The translations under genes were made by a program, and so were the position numbers. The notes below the pieces were generated by a model, which saw only the letters and a list, made by a program, of their open reading frames with translations, was not told where the DNA came from and did not search any database. Positions 18,687 through 27,027 of a stretch of DNA of 48,310 nucleotides are shown one piece after another (position 1 is the stretch's first letter; every line of letters begins with the position of its first letter). The stretch is from the sequence record SRR20825006_1527; one strand, given 5' to 3'.

Positions 18687-19574
18687 ATGCTTCGTATTAC
18701 GATTTTTCTCTTTTGTTTGATGTCCTCAGCTGGTATATCGTTGGCCAATGGACAGGTTTCCCCCAAGGAAAAATCTGCATTGGTAGACCTTTACAACAGT
18801 ACCAATGGCAAGGAATGGAACTCATCTTGGGATCTAAATGCTCCTGTCAACACATGGAAAGGTGTGGAAATCAATCAGGGACATGTGATTGGGCTTACCT
18901 TATTTATGAATAATTTAAATGGTACCCTGCCCGAAAGTTTGGGCGACCTTAAGCATATTTCCACTTTAAACTTGGCCTTTAACCAAATTACAGGTGTACT
19001 TCCCAAAGATTTGGTCAAATTGGAGAAGCTCAAAACGTTGCGTTTGGAGATGAATAGGATCAAAGGAGAAATTCCTGAAGGGGTAGGGCATCTTAAACAG
19101 TTGGAAATTTTTTCCATGTTCAATAATTTTTTAACAGGAACTATACCTGAAAGCTTTGGAGAGCTTAAAAATTTGAAAGAGCTCAATTTATCCAGTAATA
19201 ATCTAAAAGGAGACATACCCAAATCCATTGGTAACCTTTCAAACTTGGAGGCTTTGGGTCTTTTTGAGAACAAATTGGAGGGACAGATACCTGCGGAAAT
19301 TGGGAATTTGGTCCAACTGAAAGAGCTGGTTTTATCCAACAACCAACTGGGTGGCGAGATTCCTGCCGAATTTGGACAATTGGCTAGTTTAAAAATATTG
19401 CAACTTCAAAATAATAGGTTCAATTCTTTAAATGTCCTGCATGGAATGGACTCCGACCAGTTTTTGGTTTTTGACTCCGATGATAAGACTTTGAATCCGA
19501 AATTCAATGAAATTAAAATAGACCGTACTCGAATGGCAGATACCAAATTCGAGGACGAAAACGAAAACGAGTAG
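18687..19574 (+). CDS. Exported leucine-rich-repeat protein (24-aa plant-type LRRs)
   Basis: Signal peptide, N-cap ALVDLYNSTNGKEW, seven full and one partial LxxLxLxxNxLxGxIPxxxGxL repeats. Confidence 0.9.
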   Translation: MLRITIFLFCLMSSAGISLANGQVSPKEKSALVDLYNSTNGKEWNSSWDLNAPVNTWKGVEINQGHVIGLTLFMNNLNGTLPESLGDLKHISTLNLAFNQITGVLPKDLVKLEKLKTLRLEMNRIKGEIPEGVGHLKQLEIFSMFNNFLTGTIPESFGELKNLKELNLSSNNLKGDIPKSIGNLSNLEALGLFENKLEGQIPAEIGNLVQLKELVLSNNQLGGEIPAEFGQLASLKILQLQNNRFNSLNVLHGMDSDQFLVFDSDDKTLNPKFNEIKIDRTRMADTKFEDENENE

Positions 19575-19601
19575 TTAGTATTACTTTAGTTTGTTTGGTT
19601 T

Positions 19602-19631
19602 GGGGATACAGGCGTGTATCCCCTTTTTTTT
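19602..19631 (+). terminator. Intrinsic terminator after the LRR gene
   Basis: GGGGATACA-ggcg-TGTATCCCC followed by T8. Confidence 0.9.
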
Positions 19632-19690
19632 GTGACAAAATTTTCGATAGATTTTATGAAATATTTAACCATTGTAAAAAATGTAGGGGA

Positions 19691-19698
19691 TAGATTTG
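19691..19698 (+). promoter_or_regulatory. -7 promoter box for the RND operon
   Basis: TAGATTTG ending 22 nt before the ATG at 19721. Confidence 0.6.
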
Positions 19699-19720
19699 CA
19701 CCGACTAAACCAACTAGCGC

Positions 19721-20842
19721 ATGCGAAAGCTAATAATATCGGCTGTTCTTGGAGGTATAATTATTTTTGCCTCCCTATATTTTGCCGGCTTGATCGCCGA
19801 CAGCAAAGAAAATAAAAGACCGCCATCACAAAAAATAGTTAAGACAGTCTTTGTAGATACAGTTCAGAATACCACCGTACCTATAATGGTTCCCGCAAAT
19901 GGAAATCTTCAAGCCAAAAAGAGAGTCGAACTTTACTCCGAAGTACAGGGCGTTTTTAGGCCGGGAAGTAAATTGTTCCGGACTGGGCAGGAATATGCCG
20001 CTGGCCAAACACTTATCAGAATAGACGCTAGCGAGTATTATGCCACTGTACAATCAGCCAAAAGTAATCTGTACAATTTGCTTACTTCCATAATGCCGGA
20101 CCTTAGACTGGATTATCCAGAGATCTACCCTAAATGGCAGCAATATCTCAACGAGTTCGATTTGGAGAAGACCACACCGGAACTTCCAAAATTGGATTCC
20201 GAAAAAGAAAAGTTTTTTATAACTGGAAGGGAAATCATCACAACATATTACAATGTCAAGAATTTGGAACAGCGTTTGTCCAAATATGCCATAACAGCCC
20301 CATTTACAGGAGTATTGACCGAGGCTTTGGTCACTGAAGGGACTTTGGTGAGATCGGGACAAAAACTAGGGGAGTTTATTGATACTGGATTATATGAATT
20401 GGGAGTATCCGTAAGCAAAACCTACGGGGATTTCTTAAGAGTGGGCCGTAAGGTAGAACTCAGTAATTTAGAAAAGACCCAGACCTACATGGGAGAGGTC
20501 ACACGCGTAAATAGTAGTGTAGACCAAAATTCACAGACCATAATGGTGTACATAGAGGTCAAAGGTGATAATTTGAAAGAAGGCCAATATCTCGAGGCCA
20601 ATCTCGAGGCCAAGGAAGAACCCAACGCCATTGAGATCAATAGATCACTATTATTGGAAAACAATCAAATTTTTGTGGTACGGGACTCCATTTTGGACCT
20701 AATGGATGTTAACCCTGTGTTTTTTACGGATAAGACCGTTGTGCTCAAGAATGTTCCTGACGGTGAAGTGATCGTGGCCAAACCGATTACTGGTGCCTAT
20801 GCTGGTATGTTGGTGCGCACTTTTGACGAAAGTAAATCATAA
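19721..20842 (+). CDS. RND efflux periplasmic adaptor (MFP)
   Basis: N-terminal TM anchor, lipoyl half-motifs (ELYSEVQG; ITAPFTGVLTEALVTEGTLVRSGQKLG); upstream of an RND permease. Confidence 0.9.
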   Translation: MRKLIISAVLGGIIIFASLYFAGLIADSKENKRPPSQKIVKTVFVDTVQNTTVPIMVPANGNLQAKKRVELYSEVQGVFRPGSKLFRTGQEYAAGQTLIRIDASEYYATVQSAKSNLYNLLTSIMPDLRLDYPEIYPKWQQYLNEFDLEKTTPELPKLDSEKEKFFITGREIITTYYNVKNLEQRLSKYAITAPFTGVLTEALVTEGTLVRSGQKLGEFIDTGLYELGVSVSKTYGDFLRVGRKVELSNLEKTQTYMGEVTRVNSSVDQNSQTIMVYIEVKGDNLKEGQYLEANLEAKEEPNAIEINRSLLLENNQIFVVRDSILDLMDVNPVFFTDKTVVLKNVPDGEVIVAKPITGAYAGMLVRTFDESKS

Positions 20843-20853
20843 AAACCCCCGCC

Positions 20854-23800
20854 ATGAGAAATCTCATCTCGTATTTTATTAAATACCACATGGCAGTCAA
20901 TGTCTTTATTTTGGCATTTTTTGTTTTTGGGGTCGTAGGGATTCTTTCCTTAAAATCATCATTTTTTCCACTCAATGAAGCTAGGAACATTACCATTACC
21001 ATTGCTTATCCGGGCGCGTCTCCACAAGAAATAGAGGAGGGTATTGTCCTCAAAATTGAGGACAACCTAAAAGGACTCGAAGGAGTGGAGCGGGTAACTT
21101 CCACTTCAAGGGAGAACAGCGGTACTATCAATGTGGAGATCGAGAAGGAAAGAAATGTGGATTTCATGCTATTGGAGGTGAAAAATGCAGTGGACCGAGT
21201 ACCTACTTTCCCAACCGGTATGGAACCTTTGATTGTTGCCAAGCAAGAACCTGTAAGGCCTACTATCAGTTTTGCCGTAAGCGGAAAAGATATTCCATTG
21301 GCGACACTGAAGCAAATTGCACGTCAAATAGAGAACGATTTACGCGCCATTGATGGGATATCCCAAATACAAATCGACGGCTATCCGGACGAAGAAATTG
21401 AGATTGCCGTAGATGAAAACAGTCTTTTAGCGTACAATCTATCTTTTACAGATGTGGCACAAGCCGTTTCCAATGCCAATATTTTGGTAACGGGAGGGAA
21501 CATTAAGACCGTGACCGAAGAATACCTGATCAGGGCCAACAATCGTTCGTATTATGGTGATGAACTTTCCAATATTGTAATCCGGGGCGATGCTGCTGGA
21601 CGTGCAGTGCGTTTAAGGGATGTTGCCGTTATTCGGGATAGATTTTCCGAAACGCCCAACGCTTCATATTTTAATGGTGAACTTGCCGTAAATGTTACCA
21701 TAACAAGTACCAATACAGAAGACCTCATGGGCTCTGCTGAAAACGTCCGACAATATATCGGCGATTTCAACGAAAAATATACCAATGTACGGTTGGATGT
21801 AATCGATGACCGTTCCACCACCTTGACCCAACGGACTGAACTCTTGACCGAGAACGCCATTGTGGGGATGATTTTGGTATTGGTGTTTCTATCCCTCTTC
21901 TTGAATACAAGATTGGCATTCTGGGTAGCCTTTGGTCTTCCCATTGCATTCTTGGGAATGTTTGTTTTTGCCCCCATGTTCAATGTCACCATCAATGTAC
22001 TATCCCTTTTCGGGATGATTATTGTAATCGGTATTCTGGTGGATGATGGAATCGTGATCGCAGAGAATATCTATCAACATTACGAAGATGGAAAATCACC
22101 CGTGCAAGCCGCCTTGGATGGGACCATGGAGGTGATACCACCCATTATTTCGGCTATCATCACTACCATATTGGCATTTTCCATTTTCTTGTTCCTTGAT
22201 AGTAGAATTGGGGAATTCTTTAGTGAGGTTTCTGTTATAGTGATTCTCACTTTGGTAGTTTCCTTAGTAGAAGCGTTGATTATATTGCCCGCTCACTTGG
22301 CACATTCAAAAGCCTTGCACCCACAAAGTGATAAACCCAAAACAGGCATTGCCAAGGTATTTGCCGAGCTACGCGTCATCAATAAGATTGGTGACCGGAT
22401 AATGAACTATATGCGTGATAAGTGGTACAGCCCGGCCCTCCATTTTATGCTGAACTACAAGTTTTTGACCTTTGCCCTTTTCTTTATGGCTTTGGTCTTA
22501 ACGCTGGGCTCCATTGGAGGAGGAATTATCCGAACTGCATTTTTTCCAAGAATTGCCAGTGATCAGGTCTCCATAGACCTGACTATGCCCAACGGCACCA
22601 ATGAAAAGGTTACCGATTCCATTATCAGTCTTATTCAAGAAAAGGCACATATCGTAAACCAAGAATTGACAGATGAATATTTGCAGGGCATGGACAAAAT
22701 GCTCTTTGTGAATATGATAAAAAACCTTGGCCCCGGTTCATCCACGGCAACATTGGAAATCAACCTCCTGCCCGGAGAGGAAAGGCCGGATGGGATACGT
22801 GCCGATATGGTGACCACAAGACTTCGTGAGCTCGTAGGCCCGGTAATTGGAGTGGAAAGCTTGATTTATGGTTCAGGAGGTAACTTTGGAGGAAATCCTG
22901 TATCAGTTTCCTTGTTGGGTAACAATATAGAAGAGCTAAAGGCGGCCAAAATGGAGCTTAAACAAGCTATGGAAGCCAATTCCAATCTAAAGGACGTAAC
23001 GGACAATGACCCGGCCGGAATCAAAGAGATACGATTGCAGCTTAAGGAAAATGCATATTCGCTCGGGTTAGACCTTCGTACGGTAATGAACCAGGTTCGT
23101 GGCGGATTCTTCGGCGCACAGGCGCAGCGTTTCCAAAGAGGACAGGATGAAATAAGGGTTTGGGTACGATATGATAGGGAGAACAGATCATCAATTTCCG
23201 ATTTGGACGAGATGCGAATCTTGGCCCCAAGCGGTGACCGGATTCCATTAAAGGAAATAGCTACGTATACCATTGAAAGAGGAGATGTGGCCATCAACCA
23301 TTTGGAAGGTAGAAGGGAAATTCAGGTGTCTTCCGATTTAACGGATCCCGAGACCACCAGTGGAACAGATGCCATGTTGTGGATACGTAACGAGGTATTG
23401 CCCGATATTCTGGCAAAATATCCAACCATAAGCCCATCTTATGAAGGACAGAACAGGGAGGCCAACAAACTAATTGGTTCACTTGGATTTGTGGGTCCAA
23501 TTGTATTGTTCCTCATTTTTATAACCATAGCCTTCACCTTTAGAAGTATTAGTCAACCTTTATTGTTGATTTTTATGGTGCCCTTCAGTTTAACAGCGGT
23601 GGCATGGGGACATTGGTTGCACGGTTTCCCGATCAATATTCTTTCCATGTTGGGAATTATCGCACTGATAGGTATTATGGTAAACGATGGATTGGTGCTC
23701 ATTGGCAAGTTCAACATCAATCTAAGAAATGGAATGAAGTTCGATGATGCCATTTATGAAGCTGGTCGTTCACGTTTTAGGGCCATCTTCTTGACATCGG

Positions 23801-24144
23801 TAACCACTATTGCCGGTTTAGCACCCTTACTTTTGGAAAAGAGCCGCCAAGCACAGTTCTTAAAGCCAATGGCCATTTCCATTGCCTATGGAATTGCCTT
23901 TGCCACTATTTTAACGTTGCTCATGCTACCATTGCTACTTTCCTTTGGAAACAATGTCAAAGTGCTGACAAAACGCTTATGGACAGGCGAAGAGGTTACA
24001 CCAGAGGAAGTAGAACGAGCCATTCGCGAACAGCATGAAGAAGAAGAGATGTACTCAAATAGTGTAAGCCTGAACGGAAGTGACAACAGCAATATGCCGC
24101 AAAACGGAGAAGAAACCCCAAACGTTGCAGAAGAGACCAGATAA
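20854..24144 (+). CDS. RND efflux permease (AcrB/AcrD/AcrF family)
   Basis: 1096 aa; YPGASPQEIE, GILVDDGIVIAENI, GIMVNDGLVL, RFRAIFLTSVTTIAGLAPL. Confidence 0.95.
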   Translation: MRNLISYFIKYHMAVNVFILAFFVFGVVGILSLKSSFFPLNEARNITITIAYPGASPQEIEEGIVLKIEDNLKGLEGVERVTSTSRENSGTINVEIEKERNVDFMLLEVKNAVDRVPTFPTGMEPLIVAKQEPVRPTISFAVSGKDIPLATLKQIARQIENDLRAIDGISQIQIDGYPDEEIEIAVDENSLLAYNLSFTDVAQAVSNANILVTGGNIKTVTEEYLIRANNRSYYGDELSNIVIRGDAAGRAVRLRDVAVIRDRFSETPNASYFNGELAVNVTITSTNTEDLMGSAENVRQYIGDFNEKYTNVRLDVIDDRSTTLTQRTELLTENAIVGMILVLVFLSLFLNTRLAFWVAFGLPIAFLGMFVFAPMFNVTINVLSLFGMIIVIGILVDDGIVIAENIYQHYEDGKSPVQAALDGTMEVIPPIISAIITTILAFSIFLFLDSRIGEFFSEVSVIVILTLVVSLVEALIILPAHLAHSKALHPQSDKPKTGIAKVFAELRVINKIGDRIMNYMRDKWYSPALHFMLNYKFLTFALFFMALVLTLGSIGGGIIRTAFFPRIASDQVSIDLTMPNGTNEKVTDSIISLIQEKAHIVNQELTDEYLQGMDKMLFVNMIKNLGPGSSTATLEINLLPGEERPDGIRADMVTTRLRELVGPVIGVESLIYGSGGNFGGNPVSVSLLGNNIEELKAAKMELKQAMEANSNLKDVTDNDPAGIKEIRLQLKENAYSLGLDLRTVMNQVRGGFFGAQAQRFQRGQDEIRVWVRYDRENRSSISDLDEMRILAPSGDRIPLKEIATYTIERGDVAINHLEGRREIQVSSDLTDPETTSGTDAMLWIRNEVLPDILAKYPTISPSYEGQNREANKLIGSLGFVGPIVLFLIFITIAFTFRSISQPLLLIFMVPFSLTAVAWGHWLHGFPINILSMLGIIALIGIMVNDGLVLIGKFNINLRNGMKFDDAIYEAGRSRFRAIFLTSVTTIAGLAPLLLEKSRQAQFLKPMAISIAYGIAFATILTLLMLPLLLSFGNNVKVLTKRLWTGEEVTPEEVERAIREQHEEEEMYSNSVSLNGSDNSNMPQNGEETPNVAEETR

Positions 24145-25469
24145 TGAAAAGCTTTTTTTATAGACTACCCCTAATTTTGATATTTCTTGGCCTTTCCGCA
24201 AGTGCGCAAGATGAGGTGCTTACCAAGCAGGAGGCGATCAACCTTATTTTGGAAAACAATTTGGATATCAAGGTCGCTAGAAATACCAGGTTAATTGATG
24301 AGAACAACGCAGATATTCTAAATTCGGGCTACTTGCCTTCGGTTACGGGGAATGCCAGCGGTAGTATAGACAAGCAAAATTCGGAAGGGGTTTTGGCCAA
24401 CGGGGATACCAGGACAGCTCAAGGGGCGGAGACCCGAAGGTACAGCGCTGCTGTGAATGTGAATTATACGTTGTTCGATGGCTTGGGGAGGTACTACAAT
24501 TATAAGAGCTTTCAGGAACGCTCGGAACAATCCGAATTGGAGGTCAGACAGACCATTGAAAATACTATTTTACAATTGTTCACCGTGTATTACGAAGCGG
24601 CCCGCCTTACCGAGAATACGGCTACTTTGGAACAGGCCTTGGAGATTTCCAAGGATAGGCTCAAAAGGGCACAGTACCAATTTGAGTTTGGACAGAATAC
24701 CGGTCTGGATGTGTTGAATGCCGAAGTGGATATCAATACGGATAGCATCAATTTATTGAATTCCAAACAGCAGCTTCGAAATACAATGAGGGACTTGAAC
24801 CTTATTCTTAACCGAGACCTATCGGCTAAGTTTGCTGCGGATACTACTGTGACTTTTGTTCCTGGGCTTCAAATGGAAAATATGTACAATGAGGCCCAAA
24901 TGAACAATGTTAGGCTTCAAATTGTGGAAAAGGACATAAATATGGGTCTCAACGACGTCAGAATAGCCAAAAGTGGCTACTTGCCCACCATTGGACTTAC
25001 CGGAACGTATGGTTGGAACGAGTCCAGCAATAACAGTCCGTTGGCCTTTGCCTTGCAAAACACCTCGACAGGGGTAACGGGAACCGTGAACCTTACCTGG
25101 AATTTGTTTGATGGAGGAACTACCATCACTGGGATAAAAAATGCCAAAATTGCCTACCAGAATCAAGAGATTGCAAAAAAACAGATCCAGTTGGAGGTAG
25201 AAAGGGATATCCGAAATGCATGGGACAGTTATACCAATGCGCTTTATGTTTTACAGGTCCAGGAGAAAAACTTGCAGACCAACCAGAACAACTTCAACCG
25301 TACCGATGAAAGATATAAACTTGGTCAGGTAACTTCCATAGAGTTCCGACAGGCCCAGTTGAATTTATTGAATGCCGAGTTGGCCAAGAGCCAAGCCAAA
25401 TACAACGCAAAATTGGCAGAACTTCAAATGCTTCAAGTTAGTGGTCAACTGCTCAATATTGATTTTTAG
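24144..25469 (+). CDS. TolC-family outer membrane efflux protein
   Basis: Signal peptide, two OEP repeats (YLPSVTG / YLPTIGL; YTLFDG / WNLFDG); TAATG stop-start overlap with the permease. Confidence 0.92.
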   Translation: MKSFFYRLPLILIFLGLSASAQDEVLTKQEAINLILENNLDIKVARNTRLIDENNADILNSGYLPSVTGNASGSIDKQNSEGVLANGDTRTAQGAETRRYSAAVNVNYTLFDGLGRYYNYKSFQERSEQSELEVRQTIENTILQLFTVYYEAARLTENTATLEQALEISKDRLKRAQYQFEFGQNTGLDVLNAEVDINTDSINLLNSKQQLRNTMRDLNLILNRDLSAKFAADTTVTFVPGLQMENMYNEAQMNNVRLQIVEKDINMGLNDVRIAKSGYLPTIGLTGTYGWNESSNNSPLAFALQNTSTGVTGTVNLTWNLFDGGTTITGIKNAKIAYQNQEIAKKQIQLEVERDIRNAWDSYTNALYVLQVQEKNLQTNQNNFNRTDERYKLGQVTSIEFRQAQLNLLNAELAKSQAKYNAKLAELQMLQVSGQLLNIDF

Positions 25470-25472
25470 GCC

Positions 25473-25655
25473 ATGTACGAGCATTTTTTTCAATGTCCAT
25501 ATTGTTGGGAAGAAATTTCCTTTTTGTTGGATAGCTCTGTGCCGCAACAGACCTATGTAGAGGATTGCGAAGTATGTTGCAATCCCATTGAGGCCACTGC
25601 AAGGTTCAGTAATCAAGAGCTGGTCTCTTTTGAGGCAAAGGAACTTGGTCAATAA
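25473..25655 (+). CDS. CPXCG-motif cysteine-rich small protein (Zn-ribbon-like)
   Basis: CPYCWE...YVEDCEVCCNPI; 3 nt after the TolC stop. Confidence 0.85.
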   Translation: MYEHFFQCPYCWEEISFLLDSSVPQQTYVEDCEVCCNPIEATARFSNQELVSFEAKELGQ

Positions 25656-25684
25656 AAAAAGCCGAAGTCTAAACTCCGGCTTTT
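25654..25684. terminator. Bidirectional terminator between the RND operon and the GH16 PUL
   Basis: A7-GCCGAAGT-ctaa-ACTCCGGC-T4 between convergent genes. Confidence 0.8.
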
Positions 25685-25775
25685 GGTTGGTTGGAATAAG
25701 TTAATAGTTTTTACTTTTCCAAAATCTTGAAATAACAATGCTCAGCAATCTAACCCCTTTGCACTGGAATTGTGT

Positions 25776-26921
25776 TTACTGATATATTCTTACATAGTCA
25801 ATTTCAAAGATGTCTTCGGTGAAATTCGCAGGTACATCACCACCCAAATTTCCACCTATTGCAATATTCAGCAACAAATAATGTTCGTGGTTAAATGGTT
25901 TGTTACTACCATTCTGAAATTCATATACCAAGTTATCGTCCACATAGGTTTTAATACTTTCGCTGTCCCACTCCATGGAGTATATATGAAACTCTGAATC
26001 TGCATTTTCTACGGCTATTTCACCTCCTTCATCGCTGTACACCTCTGTGTTTAAATCTCCCCAATGATAATGTGAAATGGTACTGTTTTTATCCCATCCG
26101 GTTTGTTCCATAATGTCGATTTCCCCGCAAAGAGGCCACCCTACATTGCCGTATTGATCTCCAAAATAGTTTCCGATTTCATTCGAGTTTGCACCTAACG
26201 TCCAAATGGCCGGCCATGTACCCGCCGTTTTAGGAAGTTTGGCCCGGACCTCTATGCGTCCGTAAGTAAAAGCGAACTTGGCGTTCAATCTGGCCGAGGT
26301 ATATTCTTTTGTACTTCCGTTATATGAATACTGCTCTTTGATGGCCTTTATTTTTAAGGTTCCATCGTTCACATAGGAATTGTCCTCCCTATCGGTATAG
26401 TGCTGTAATTCGTCATTGTGCCAGCTACCGTTGTTCGGGGGGATTATCTGATGATGCCACTTTTGGTCATCCGGTCTGCCTTCGTTTTCAAATTCATCGG
26501 AGAAGACCAATTTGGCAAAAGCCTCATCGGACCTGTAAATATCTACGCTGTAACTTTCGTTTACGAACGCGCCGGACCCGGAGTAGGCCCATACGGTAAT
26601 ATTGTGGGTGTTTGTTCCATCTTGAAGGAAGGTATGTTCAATATTTCCAGATTCGCTGTCAATTTGGTCCCCTGTTCCAAAACGGAACGCATACCTGACC
26701 GCATTATTGGCGGAAGCGGTTATCTGCACCGTTCCTGAACCATCCCCATTAGGATTGTTGTCGTTTGACCCAACAACAGAAATGTCCACGCTGAGGTTAG
26801 TAGGAATATCGTTGGAGTCTGAATCCCCCGAACTACAAGAAATTGTCAGTAGGAGGGACAGTATGGAAATATTGAAAATGCTCATTTTTACTATTTGGTG
26901 AATGTACAATTTGTTTTTCAT
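25776..26921 (-). CDS. GH16 glycoside hydrolase lipoprotein (laminarinase-like) with N-terminal PKD-like domain
   Basis: Lipobox TISC; LVFSDEFE, YTSARL, TWPAIW, catalytic GEIDIME (ExDxxE), FHIYSMEW, IDYVRIYQ. Confidence 0.92.
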   Translation of the reverse strand: MKNKLYIHQIVKMSIFNISILSLLLTISCSSGDSDSNDIPTNLSVDISVVGSNDNNPNGDGSGTVQITASANNAVRYAFRFGTGDQIDSESGNIEHTFLQDGTNTHNITVWAYSGSGAFVNESYSVDIYRSDEAFAKLVFSDEFENEGRPDDQKWHHQIIPPNNGSWHNDELQHYTDREDNSYVNDGTLKIKAIKEQYSYNGSTKEYTSARLNAKFAFTYGRIEVRAKLPKTAGTWPAIWTLGANSNEIGNYFGDQYGNVGWPLCGEIDIMEQTGWDKNSTISHYHWGDLNTEVYSDEGGEIAVENADSEFHIYSMEWDSESIKTYVDDNLVYEFQNGSNKPFNHEHYLLLNIAIGGNLGGDVPANFTEDIFEIDYVRIYQ

Positions 26922-27027
26922 AGAAAACCTTAGTTGGATTTTGCTCCTTTCTTTTTGGGAAAGGAGCTCATCCGTTTGCTTAATTAACTAACTCAAATCA
27001 ATTTATGATCTGTTTTTCATTATATGA

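Noticed and set aside
19681-19689. ATGTAGGGG in the RND promoter resembling the PUL TGTAG boxes
   Set aside because: Single short match with no phased partner; expected by chance.
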